A stretch of 64,000 nucleotides of DNA from a virus (taxonomy: Duplodnaviria > Caudoviricetes). Position 1 is the stretch's first letter. The number at the start of each line of letters is the position of its first letter. The notes beneath the pieces are model-generated. The model was not told where the DNA came from. It saw nothing but the letters and a program-made list of their open reading frames with translations, and ran no database searches. The position numbers were made by a program, and so were the translations under genes. The stretch covers positions 1 through 64,000 of the IMG/VR virus record IMGVR_UViG_3300012020_000004; one strand, given 5' to 3'. Of this stretch, positions 18,016 through 27,535 are shown one piece after another.

Positions 18016-18487
18016 CTACACGACGTACGATGACATCCGGGCCGCGCTCGGTGTCAGCGACGAGGAACTTGAGGACGGTGTACTGGGCCTTCAGCTCTAC
18101 GAGGACAGCCTCAGCTTCGAGCTCAGCGACATCCACCCAGACCTCGATGCTCTCCACACCACGTTGGAGTCCACCCCTGTGCTGACATCGGCCCAGGAGC
18201 GATTCATGGCCGCGTGCCGCGGCTTCTCGACCTATGCGGTCGCACGAGCTCTAACGAGCACCTTGCCCATGTTCGGTCCCAAGTCCATCGAGGACGGTAA
18301 GGCTCGCATGGAGCGGTTCGCTGACCCGTACAAGGCTACCATCGAGGCCGTGAACAAGTCCTACGCCACGTGGAAGGCACGACTTGAGGCTGCCTACGGG
18401 ACCCTTATGTCCACGTCTAAGCCTACGGTGTTCATGTCCTATGCGGTCTCGGCCACACCGACCTACAACCCCATCACGGGGGCGTAA
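18002..18487 (+). CDS. Probable head-tail adaptor
   Basis: 161 aa; DDIRAALGV N-terminus; position after the capsid gene. Confidence 0.6.
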   Translation: MSLLNYTTYDDIRAALGVSDEELEDGVLGLQLYEDSLSFELSDIHPDLDALHTTLESTPVLTSAQERFMAACRGFSTYAVARALTSTLPMFGPKSIEDGKARMERFADPYKATIEAVNKSYATWKARLEAAYGTLMSTSKPTVFMSYAVSATPTYNPITGA

Positions 18488-18489
18488 GC

Positions 18490-19317
18490 ATGAAGCTGAA
18501 GAATGTTGCCAAGTTCTTTGATAAGACCAAAGCTGTAGACGCCTACAATTCTCTCTACAGCTTTAAGTGTCAGGTAGAGCCTCTCGATATGTATAGGACC
18601 GAGGGCACACGAATCAAGGTGCGCAACATGTCTACGGCACCTGAAGTCACCGTCCCCGCCCGCCGCGCAATCAAGATCGACTCGCAGGCGTACCTTGTTA
18701 GCGACTCAAGCGCTGACCACTGGTCCGGGGAAAGCATCAGAAACCGGTATGTGCTACAAGGCGCTGACTATGTTGTGGAAATCAGAACGATTGCGCAGGT
18801 ACTTGAGGATGCGCCTGGAGTTCAAGCATGGGCCTCAATCGACTTCAACAAGTACAGTACCGACGAACGAGACTCGGCTGATTACCACCCCCAGTACCAC
18901 ATCTTCCTCGGAGAGGGCGCAGCCACAGAGCATGCCATCATCCACACTACCGAAAGAACCTACCTCGTAAAGAACAGCTACAAGACGCCCTCAGGGCTGT
19001 ATGACGCAATCTGTAACGAGCTAGACGATCCCGTCATCGACGCGGCTACTTTTAAGTCCCGCACCTACAATCCGATCACCGATTCCTTTACGGACTCTCC
19101 CTCAACGATTAGGTGTATCAGACTGAGGTGGCAGGACCGCTTCATGTACCTCTCCCAGGCATCAGAGAAGTTCGAGCGCGGAGATGTGCAGTTGTTCGTG
19201 CCGTCGTCGGTGACCCCTAAGGCGGCTGACATTGTTGACCTGAGCGACGGCCCGTGGCGGGTTGTGTCCGTGGTTGACAGCGGCAGCCACAATCTTCTGC
19301 ACCTGAGAAGAGCATGA
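18490..19317 (+). CDS. Probable head-closure / connector protein
   Basis: Position; beta-rich, C-terminal DGPWRVVSV pattern. Confidence 0.5.
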   Translation: MKLKNVAKFFDKTKAVDAYNSLYSFKCQVEPLDMYRTEGTRIKVRNMSTAPEVTVPARRAIKIDSQAYLVSDSSADHWSGESIRNRYVLQGADYVVEIRTIAQVLEDAPGVQAWASIDFNKYSTDERDSADYHPQYHIFLGEGAATEHAIIHTTERTYLVKNSYKTPSGLYDAICNELDDPVIDAATFKSRTYNPITDSFTDSPSTIRCIRLRWQDRFMYLSQASEKFERGDVQLFVPSSVTPKAADIVDLSDGPWRVVSVVDSGSHNLLHLRRA

Positions 19318-19814
19318 GACTGACGATGCCCCGGCGACTCATCTCTGAGGCCGTCCGGGCGTCTATGCGGGCGGCGGAGAATAGGACACTTGCCCAGACA
19401 AAGAAGATGGCGCAGGACACACTTGCCTTCGCTGCCAAGGTGTCACCTCAGTGGACAGGCACTTTCGCTGCAAACTGGCGCTTGTCGATTAATAGGGCCC
19501 GCCCAGGGAACAGTAGCGACGAGGTAGCCAGCGACGCTGAGCGTGAGTTTCCGCAGGCGAGCGAGCGGGACTCAGTGGCAGTGAACACTGCGATCAATAG
19601 CGCAGGCTCCAAGCTCTCCGGGCTCAAGCTCGGGGATAGGATATACCTCTCCACTGTCGCCAGGAATCAAGATGGTAGCGAGTACCACTGGGATGTCGAG
19701 GGAGGGCTAATACGCTTTAGACGAGACAACCCAACGGCTAAGGCCAACAAGGGCAGAATTCTTGAGTTGGCCAGGCTTTATCTTCGCGCTAGGAATGTAG
19801 GGAAACTGAGATGA
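19314..19814 (+). CDS. Probable tail completion (neck) protein
   Basis: SPQWTGTFAANW motif resembling HK97 gp10-like neck proteins; position. Confidence 0.55.
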   Translation: MRLTMPRRLISEAVRASMRAAENRTLAQTKKMAQDTLAFAAKVSPQWTGTFAANWRLSINRARPGNSSDEVASDAEREFPQASERDSVAVNTAINSAGSKLSGLKLGDRIYLSTVARNQDGSEYHWDVEGGLIRFRRDNPTAKANKGRILELARLYLRARNVGKLR

Positions 19815-20212
19815 CAACTTACGTTGAGGCCCGCGACACAATTGTTGCCTATCTAGAGGGCGCGTTCGCAGGCCTGCCCAGATTCTACGAGGACACAGAG
19901 ACGGTAGACCTTGACGTAGTTGGCGACCAGTTCCTGGAGATCTGCATCGAGTTCGTGGACGCATACCAGGCAACCATCGGTACTTCCCCAATCGATCGAA
20001 CACTTGGTTTTGTTGTCCTGTCGGTGTTCACGAGGGAGGGCAAGGGTAGCCGCACAGCCCTACAAGTGTTTGACACCATCAAGCAGGCTACCAAGTTCAG
20101 GAACCTTGGAAAGGTGCAGCTCGAGACGCCACGGCCGGGGGACGTGGAGCGCAAGAACGGCTGGGTCAACCGTGAAATCCTAGTGCCGTTCTGGTTCGAC
20201 TCAAACTCCTAA
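19811..20212 (+). CDS. Probable tail terminator
   Basis: 133 aa directly before the tail tube gene. Confidence 0.6.
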   Translation: MTTYVEARDTIVAYLEGAFAGLPRFYEDTETVDLDVVGDQFLEICIEFVDAYQATIGTSPIDRTLGFVVLSVFTREGKGSRTALQVFDTIKQATKFRNLGKVQLETPRPGDVERKNGWVNREILVPFWFDSNS

Positions 20213-20215
20213 TGC

Positions 20216-20244
20216 TTGAATAAACTGAGCTTATGGTGTAGTCT
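20216..20244 (+). promoter_or_regulatory. Candidate sigma70 promoter of the tail tube gene
   Basis: TTGAAT-17 bp-TAGTCT. Confidence 0.5.
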
Positions 20245-20283
20245 CCGAGGGAGCCCGATGGTGGGCGCCTCCCGGAGATTTCC

Positions 20284-21471
20284 ATGGCACTAGCTTCTTC
20301 CAACCGCGCCCAGGTTCGCTACATCCCCGAAGCGACTTTTGGCGTGACGCCCACGACGGGCAACTGCATCAACCTGCGCGCGACCGGCGAGTCGCTCGCC
20401 TTCGAAATTCAGACGACGACGTCTCAGGAGATCCGCGCCGACCGCCAGATCACCGACGTTGTCCAGACCGGCGCCTCGACCTCGGGCGGCGTGAACATGG
20501 AGTTCTCCTACAAGGAGTACGACACCCTCATCGAGGCCACTCTGCAGGGCACCTGGGCGCACTTCGGCACCGAGGGTCTCGGCGCCGCCGCCGCGGTGAC
20601 GATCGACTCGACGGCCGGCACGCTGACGTGGGGCGTGGCCCCGACTGGCTCCAGTGTTTTGACCGGCCTCGAGGTTGGTCAGTGGTTCAAGCTCATTGCC
20701 CCGAGCGACGCTGCAAACGGGGCCTACCTCAAGGTGGCCTCCCGCACGTCCACCACTATCACCGTCGCCGCCGCGACACCGATCCCTGGCACAGGCTCCC
20801 GCTCCAACGTGGCCAACGTCCAGGTCAAGTCTTCCCGCGTCAAGAACGACACGACCCAGCGCTCGTTCAGCGTAGAGAAGGAGTTCGCGGACGTTGCCCA
20901 GTTCTTCCTCTACAAGGGCATGACGGCCTCGAAGATGAGCGTGCAGTTCCAGAGCGGCTCCATCGTCGGGGGCAGTTTTGAGTTCATGGGCACGGTCTCG
21001 AGCCGCGCGGGGGCGAGGCAGCTCCCCGGCACGCCCGCGGCTTCCCAGACGTTCGATGTCATGAACGCGGTGTCGGGCGTCGGCAACATCTACGAAGCCG
21101 GCGTTCCGCTGACCGGCACCTTCATCAAGTCGATCAACCTGGACATCGACAACGCGCTCCGCGGCCAGGACGCTATCGGCACCATGGGCTTTGTCGGCAT
21201 CGCTTCTGGCACCGTCAGCGTCGGTGGTGCGATCGAGATGTACCTTGCTGACGGCACCATGTATGACAAGCTCGTCAACAACACCTCGAGTTCGCTGTCG
21301 TGGTTCGTGCGCGACGGCCTGGGCAACGGGTACGTCATCACCGCGGACAAAGTCAAGTTCTCGGGCGGCGGCGTGACGGCGGGCGGCCTGAACCAGGACG
21401 TGATGCTGTCGATGAACTGGCAGGGCCTGATGGATTCGACCGGCAAGACCATTGCGATCGATCGCCTCTAA
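20284..21471 (+). CDS. Major tail (tube) protein
   Basis: ASSNRAQVRYIPEATFGVTP N-terminus typical of siphovirus tube proteins; strong GC3 bias. Confidence 0.85.
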   Translation: MALASSNRAQVRYIPEATFGVTPTTGNCINLRATGESLAFEIQTTTSQEIRADRQITDVVQTGASTSGGVNMEFSYKEYDTLIEATLQGTWAHFGTEGLGAAAAVTIDSTAGTLTWGVAPTGSSVLTGLEVGQWFKLIAPSDAANGAYLKVASRTSTTITVAAATPIPGTGSRSNVANVQVKSSRVKNDTTQRSFSVEKEFADVAQFFLYKGMTASKMSVQFQSGSIVGGSFEFMGTVSSRAGARQLPGTPAASQTFDVMNAVSGVGNIYEAGVPLTGTFIKSINLDIDNALRGQDAIGTMGFVGIASGTVSVGGAIEMYLADGTMYDKLVNNTSSSLSWFVRDGLGNGYVITADKVKFSGGGVTAGGLNQDVMLSMNWQGLMDSTGKTIAIDRL

Positions 21472-21541
21472 ACCCTCCCGCCGCTGGCAGACCGGTTAAA
21501 GTCTGCCAAGCACAAGTTGTCAAAATAATAAGGAGTCCAAA

Positions 21542-21934
21542 ATGGACATTTTTGCTACCTACGCAGTGAACGAAGACCTCGAGAACAACGGTACCTGGAT
21601 GGAAGTTGGCGATGCCAGGTTCCTCATTGCTCGCGCCGGCAACAAGGCCTACGCGAAGATGTTCACGAAGGAATACGAGCGCAACCAGAAGGCGCTCGAG
21701 CGCAAGGATGACTCGGCTGACAAGCTGGCTGAGCAGATCATGATCAAGGTCATCGCCAAGACGATCCTGCTGGGCTGGGATAACGTCAAGTTCAAGGGTG
21801 AGGACCTCCCCTACTCGACCACCAACGCCGAGATGCTCCTGGGCCTCAAGGACTTCCGCCGCGAGATCGTCAAGCTCGCAGACGACTTCGACTCTTTCAA
21901 GGCCCAGAAGGCTGAGGAAGACGAAAAAAACTGA
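21542..21934 (+). CDS. Tail assembly chaperone (gpG-like)
   Basis: Lies between tube and tape measure genes; AAGGAG RBS; ends in a slippery site. Confidence 0.85.
   Translation: MDIFATYAVNEDLENNGTWMEVGDARFLIARAGNKAYAKMFTKEYERNQKALERKDDSADKLAEQIMIKVIAKTILLGWDNVKFKGEDLPYSTTNAEMLLGLKDFRREIVKLADDFDSFKAQKAEEDEKN
21925..21931 (+). other. -1 programmed frameshift site A AAA AAC giving a gpGT-like fusion ending at 22290
   Basis: The -1 frame is open from 21928 (KLIAWYRWVLKWGAEEE...) through the ORF at 22024-22290. Confidence 0.85.
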
Positions 21935-22286
21935 TCGCGTGGTACCGGTGGGTTCTCAAGTGGGGGGCTGAGGAGGAGACCCTACTTGAGATCCAGGAAG
22001 CCACTGGTATCACTCCTCAGGGGTTGACGGATAAGCCAAGCCTGTCTGGGGACTTAGTAGGCGTATGGGGTGCGTATAATCTGCTGAACAGCAGTAGGCT
22101 GATGACAGAAGCTGGACCAGGCCCCATACCCCTAACTGAAATTAAAGCCTACTTAGACATTGTCGATATAGACGATGTGGATAGTAGGCTTTATGTTGTA
22201 CGAATAGTGCGAACCCTGGATAACCTTTATTTAGAGCACTACGCAGAGCGTACCCGGCAGAGCAACCCCAAAGTAGGTCAGACGAA

Positions 22287-25200
22287 ATGAGCGAAAACAA
22301 CCAGGTAATCCTTGATACCAGTCAGGCTAAGGTTGCCCTAGCCGAACTCGAGGCTCGACTTAAGTCCCTGGACAAGGCCATGGACGGGGTTTCTGCTGGC
22401 GCATTGATTGCTGAGTACAAGAAGCTTAGTGCTGGGGCCTCCGAGATGGCTACAGCCATATCTAAGTTGGAGGCAGCCAAGGGCACATCTGTACGGTCAA
22501 TGCAAAGATACCGCGAAACGCTGGCTAGTACTCTAACTACCATTGGGCAGTTGAAGTCAGGTACAACTGCTCTTAGCACAGCCCTGACCAATCAGGGGAA
22601 GGCGACAGACAACTCTAAAGCTGCGATGGTTAGCTACCGCGCGGTTATCAGCGGCCTCTCGTACAGCTTCAGGGAGGCTGGGAAATACAGCCAGGATTAC
22701 GTCAAGGGCCTGGCCGTACAGAAAGCGGCAGCCGCAGAACAGAACGACATGCTTGCTGGCATGTACAAGATGAGGGACTCGTTCCAGAAGCTTGGACGTA
22801 TGCAGTCCATTGCTGAGCAGATGGACATGAGGAGAACGACAGCCCTCCAGAAAGCTGCAGCCGCAGAACAGAATGACATGCTGACTGGCATGTACAAGAT
22901 GAAGGAGTCGTTCCAGAAGCTGGGTCGGCAGTGGTCGCTGGCAGAGCAGATGGATCTGAGGAGAACGACAGCCCTCCAGAAAGCGGCAGCCGCAGAACAG
23001 AATGACATGCTTGCTGGCATGTACAAGATGAAGGAGTCGTTCCAGAAGCTTGGGCGTATGCAGTCCATTGCTGAGCAAATGGATCTGAGGAGAACGACAG
23101 CCCTCCAGAAAGCGGCAGCCGCAGAACAGAATGACATGCTTGCTGGCATGTACAAGATGAGGGACTCGTACAGGGCTATGGAGCAGAAGCGTGACGTAGA
23201 GCTTAACAATATTCGTCAGGCGCAGGCTGTAAGGTACAGAGCTATCAACGAAAAGAGGGACCTTGAGGAGTACACCATGCGTCAGGCCCACCTGAAGCGC
23301 ATGGAAATGCTTGAGCGTCGCTGGCTGGAGGCAGGGCCTCGTGGCCAGGCGTCGCAGGCGATGAAGGCCAGGAGCCTGATGGACGCCGGGATGGACCCGT
23401 CCAAGTACTACTCTGCACAGGCTATCGCAGCCGCCAGGAGCCTCAAGGAAACTGACAACCTCACCACTGCCCTCGGCAAGATGGGCAAGGAGTACAGGGC
23501 TGGTGGCGGGCACGCGCAGGCGTTCACCGAGAGCCAGCACGCAGTCCATTCCGCCTTGCGCGGCGTCTCTGGCGCCCTTGGTGCCCTGTGGCTGACCTAT
23601 GGCAAATATGTGGCCGTTATGGCTGCTGCTTCTGCGGCTACTATTGCCGCCTCCAAGTCATTCAAGGAAGGGGCAGAGCTTAGCTACCAGGCCCGCTTTG
23701 CTGCGATTCTGCAAGAGGACGGGCCAGCCCCCGAGCAGACAATCCAGAATATTCGCAAGCGCCTGATCGAGGTCACTGACGGCACTAAGTTCAATGCGCT
23801 CGAGGCTGCGGAGGGTCTTCGTGTTCTTGCGCAGACCGGGGTTAAGGCTGAGGACGGCCTTAATATGTTGAACACGGTGATGGCTGCCACCATATTCGGT
23901 GAGACGAATATGGAGACAGCCACCAAGGGTCTCACGGACGCGATGTACAACTTCAGTCTCATGACTGATAACGCAGCGCAAAATACAGAGAACGTGAAGC
24001 GTGTTGGCGACGCCATGGCTTATGTGTCTGTGCAGACCAAGGCGGGCATGGACGACGTTGCAGAGTCGTTCAAGAACATGACTGGTCTCGCCCAACGCTA
24101 CGGCCTGACCATTGAAGAGGCTGCTGTCGTTCTGGAGCGGGTAGGCAAGCGGGGCCTTGTTGGTGGCAACGCCGGCACCCTTGTCCGCAACATGTTTGAG
24201 GATCTGCTTGGCGCCCCCAATAACCGGGCTGCTGCCAAGATCAGAGAGCTCCTTGGCATGGACATGTTCGTTAAGGGCCGCGACAACCCGCTGCAATATC
24301 TCCAGCAGGTGATCGAGAAGTACCGCGAACTTGGCGCTGCCCAGAAGCAGCAGTTCGACGCCAACATGCTAAATGAGCGTGGGCGCAGGCCGTTTAGTGT
24401 GCTGATAGAGGACCTCACCTCCCTTCAGGAAGGGCTGGACAAGACTAATGCTAAGGCTGCTGGGCTCCTTGACCGGCTGGTCTCTGGGTTGGATGGTGAC
24501 GTTAAGACTGCATTCCAGACCGCAGGGTCTGCGCTTGAGAACGCCTTCATGGAGGCGTTCTCGGGTAGCGAGCAATCCCTCCTGAGCCTCGCTAAGACCA
24601 TGGAGGACGTCTTCAGAAGTGACGGCTTCAGAGACGGGGTTAAGTCCATGGTCAATGGCCTGGCTGACCTCGCTAAGTGGCTGATTGAGAATGAGGACTG
24701 GCTCAAGAAGATGGCTGCTGCCTACCTGGCGCTAAAGGCCGGGGGCATGGTCGTCAATGTGGCCAACGACATCTTCACGATGGGCAAGGCCGTGTCAGGG
24801 ATGGGGTCTGCAGCAAGCACTACAGCGGGTGTACTCGGCACACTCGGTCGGGGTATCGGGGAGCTGGGGGCCAAGCTAGCCGCTAACTCTGCAGTCCTGA
24901 CCTTCATCAGGTTCTTGGCGATGAACCCACTTGTTGCGGCTGGGGGGATGGCTGCTGCGAGCGCAGCTTACATCGCTTACAAGGACATCGGGACTCCTGT
25001 CAAGAGCAATGAGGGCATGCTGATAAAGGGGCCGACCTACGACCAGTACAAGTCGGACGCCAGAAAGGACATTGGCCTGTCAGGTGACACGGATATTTCC
25101 ACCCTTGGTAAGGACGAGACAGCTAAGGCCCTCGAGGCAAGCAATAAGCGATACAAGGACGTTATGGGTACTGCTGCCTGGCAGCGGGAGCACATACCAA

Positions 25201-26690
25201 CGTTTAAGTACATCGAGGAGGATAACAAGGCCCTCAGGGCTAGGGCTAAGGCGCTCGATGAGGTGGCCGCGGCGCAGGCTAAGGTTGATGGTCCGAAGGT
25301 AATCGACAAGACAGAGCCTATCGATATTGGTACCCCCTTCCCCCTGGGTGGCGGGAACGGGGGCAGAGGCCGCGTCGACCGTACACCTATGAAGGAAGTC
25401 GACAGCGCGTCCAAGCTCGCCAACGCAGAGTACGAGCAAGCCCTTGCCTCCATCGAGTTCTATAAGAAGGGGCTCGACCTGCGCAAGAACGCTCGCATGG
25501 TCGGGGAGAAGGAGTACCAGGACACGCTGGACGCCCTGGCCGAGCTCGAGATCCAGAAGGGCATCGACCGCGAGGACGCAGTCCAGAAGGCGATCTCTGA
25601 GTCCCTCCCCCGCGTCAAGGACTCAGCGATGCGGGAGGACCTGATGGGCCGCATGGCCGAGTCCCTCCAGAAGGAGCAGGAGCTCACGACCAAGGCTTAC
25701 ACGGACAAGGCCCTAGCCCAGCTCAAGGCTCAGATCAGTCAGAAGGAATTCCTGCGCGAGATCGAGCGTGTGGAGTCGGAGTCGTTCAGCAACCGCCTGA
25801 GCGCCCAGGAGCAGTTCGTCAAGGAGTGGAACGCGAAGAACGGCGAACTGCTGCAACGCGCCATGGTCGACGGCGACATGGAGTCGTTTATCCGGCTCAA
25901 GAATGCCGAGGGCGAGGGCCGGGAAGTTGCCAGAAGATCCGACGCTACTGAGTTGGCGGGGATGTTCCCGGACAACAACGAAGCGCAGATGGCCGCACTT
26001 GAGGCCCGGTACCTCGCGGAGAGGGAGCGGATGCTGGCGCTCACGAAGGAGAATCTGGACCTTCAGCACCAGCTCGAGATGGACCTGACCTCCAGGTACC
26101 AGATGGAACTCGCCCAACTGCGGTTGCAGGGGGTTTACAGCTTCATGTCCGCGGGCGAGCAGATGACGAGCGCGGTGGCGGGCCTCATCGGCGCCGTGGT
26201 CGGTGAACAGTCTGAGGCGTATAGGGTGATGTTCGCTGCGAGCAAGGCCTTTGCCGTGGCCAAGGCGACGATGGATATGTACACTGCGGTCTCTGCGGCG
26301 ATGGCGGTGCAGGGTCCGTTGGGATGGGCCCAGATCGGCCCGATCATGGCCTCGATGTCGTCTCTCATTGGCCAGATTTCGAGCATCAATTATTCCGGCG
26401 CTTATGACAAGGGCGGTATAATCCCCAGCGGAAAGTGGGGTATCGTCGGCGAGTATGGCCCGGAGATTGTCCAGGGCCCCGCCAATGTCACCAGCCGCGA
26501 AAAGACCGCGGAGCTTCTCCGCGGGTCTGGCCGGTCTGAGGCCGCGGCGCCGGCTGCGCCCCCGACGCTGAACGCCCGCATCGTCAACGTCCTAGATCCG
26601 AAGCTGGTAGGGGATTTCCTGGGTACGGACGACGGCGAGAAGCTCATCATGAACGTCATCCAGCGCAACAAGACAGCGCTGACTGCGTGA
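22287..26690 (+). CDS. Tape measure protein (1467 aa)
   Basis: Long helical Ala-rich ORF; TP901-like core (FNALEAAEGLRVLAQTG...); C-terminal YSGAYDKGG..IPSGKWGIVGEYGPE. Confidence 0.92.
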   Translation: MSENNQVILDTSQAKVALAELEARLKSLDKAMDGVSAGALIAEYKKLSAGASEMATAISKLEAAKGTSVRSMQRYRETLASTLTTIGQLKSGTTALSTALTNQGKATDNSKAAMVSYRAVISGLSYSFREAGKYSQDYVKGLAVQKAAAAEQNDMLAGMYKMRDSFQKLGRMQSIAEQMDMRRTTALQKAAAAEQNDMLTGMYKMKESFQKLGRQWSLAEQMDLRRTTALQKAAAAEQNDMLAGMYKMKESFQKLGRMQSIAEQMDLRRTTALQKAAAAEQNDMLAGMYKMRDSYRAMEQKRDVELNNIRQAQAVRYRAINEKRDLEEYTMRQAHLKRMEMLERRWLEAGPRGQASQAMKARSLMDAGMDPSKYYSAQAIAAARSLKETDNLTTALGKMGKEYRAGGGHAQAFTESQHAVHSALRGVSGALGALWLTYGKYVAVMAAASAATIAASKSFKEGAELSYQARFAAILQEDGPAPEQTIQNIRKRLIEVTDGTKFNALEAAEGLRVLAQTGVKAEDGLNMLNTVMAATIFGETNMETATKGLTDAMYNFSLMTDNAAQNTENVKRVGDAMAYVSVQTKAGMDDVAESFKNMTGLAQRYGLTIEEAAVVLERVGKRGLVGGNAGTLVRNMFEDLLGAPNNRAAAKIRELLGMDMFVKGRDNPLQYLQQVIEKYRELGAAQKQQFDANMLNERGRRPFSVLIEDLTSLQEGLDKTNAKAAGLLDRLVSGLDGDVKTAFQTAGSALENAFMEAFSGSEQSLLSLAKTMEDVFRSDGFRDGVKSMVNGLADLAKWLIENEDWLKKMAAAYLALKAGGMVVNVANDIFTMGKAVSGMGSAASTTAGVLGTLGRGIGELGAKLAANSAVLTFIRFLAMNPLVAAGGMAAASAAYIAYKDIGTPVKSNEGMLIKGPTYDQYKSDARKDIGLSGDTDISTLGKDETAKALEASNKRYKDVMGTAAWQREHIPTFKYIEEDNKALRARAKALDEVAAAQAKVDGPKVIDKTEPIDIGTPFPLGGGNGGRGRVDRTPMKEVDSASKLANAEYEQALASIEFYKKGLDLRKNARMVGEKEYQDTLDALAELEIQKGIDREDAVQKAISESLPRVKDSAMREDLMGRMAESLQKEQELTTKAYTDKALAQLKAQISQKEFLREIERVESESFSNRLSAQEQFVKEWNAKNGELLQRAMVDGDMESFIRLKNAEGEGREVARRSDATELAGMFPDNNEAQMAALEARYLAERERMLALTKENLDLQHQLEMDLTSRYQMELAQLRLQGVYSFMSAGEQMTSAVAGLIGAVVGEQSEAYRVMFAASKAFAVAKATMDMYTAVSAAMAVQGPLGWAQIGPIMASMSSLIGQISSINYSGAYDKGGIIPSGKWGIVGEYGPEIVQGPANVTSREKTAELLRGSGRSEAAAPAAPPTLNARIVNVLDPKLVGDFLGTDDGEKLIMNVIQRNKTALTA
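22719..23169 (+). repeat. 129-bp (43-aa) in-frame tandem repeat, about 3.5 copies
   Basis: QKAAAAEQNDML units start at 22719, 22848, 22977 and 23106. Confidence 0.95.
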
Positions 26691-26698
26691 GGTAGAGA

Positions 26699-27535
26699 AT
26701 GCCACATCAAATTGGGTTTGTTGACGACAGTACTGTGCTCGCCCACTACAAGTTACTCGAGGTGGTACGGGACTTTGTCGTCCTCAACGGCTGGACGGTG
26801 CTTAGGTACGACGATGTGTCCAGCAACAGAGAGTTAATAGTTAAGGCCCCCGGGCTTACGGGAACTGAGGAGATATTCATAGGTCTCAGGACATACCAGG
26901 ACGTATCTGCGGACTACTATAATCTCGTTGCTGCAGGCTTTAGCGGATACTTACCAGGGAACAGCTTCGATACACAACCCTCTGTGATGCTGTCAGGTGT
27001 GCCGGCCCATAACCAGTATATTGACTACTGGTTGACCATGAATGGGCAGAGGCTGTGCCTGGCCCTAAAGATAGCCCCTGGCGTATATGAGACAGTCTAT
27101 CTAGGTAAGATGTTACCCTACGCTACTCCTGGGCAATACCCGTACCCACTTGTTGTTGGTGGGATGCTTAGTGGCACCCCGGCCACACGCTATTCTGACA
27201 CGGCCCATTCAATGCCATACAGGGGGACTCGGGCCAACATGCGGCTATTCACAACTGGAGGAGCGTGGATACAACCTGACTGTTGGCCGTGGATAAACAG
27301 CCGTCTCGGGGGGGCGACAACCCAGCTTCGTGACACAGGGGGCAACTACCCTCTCCTACCCGTGGTACTAACAGACACAAGTGGAGTGTATGGGGAACTG
27401 GACGGTATCTACTATATCAGCGGATTTAACAACCTTGTGGAGAACACCCTGGTTGTTGGTGGTAAAACCCATGTAGTTATTCGTGACGTTTGGCGTACGG
27501 GGTTTACTGACTATTACGCAATGAGACTAGACTAA
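26699..27535 (+). CDS. Tail-tip structural protein (D3112/YuA-like)
   Basis: GVPAHNQYIDYWL and GKMLPYATPGQYPYP motifs recalled from Pseudomonas siphovirus tail-tip proteins; first gene after the tape measure. Confidence 0.7.
   Translation: MPHQIGFVDDSTVLAHYKLLEVVRDFVVLNGWTVLRYDDVSSNRELIVKAPGLTGTEEIFIGLRTYQDVSADYYNLVAAGFSGYLPGNSFDTQPSVMLSGVPAHNQYIDYWLTMNGQRLCLALKIAPGVYETVYLGKMLPYATPGQYPYPLVVGGMLSGTPATRYSDTAHSMPYRGTRANMRLFTTGGAWIQPDCWPWINSRLGGATTQLRDTGGNYPLLPVVLTDTSGVYGELDGIYYISGFNNLVENTLVVGGKTHVVIRDVWRTGFTDYYAMRLD

Noticed and set aside
22024-22290. Independent 88-aa gene
   Set aside because: Better explained as the -1 frame extension of the tail chaperone; TTG start without a clear RBS.
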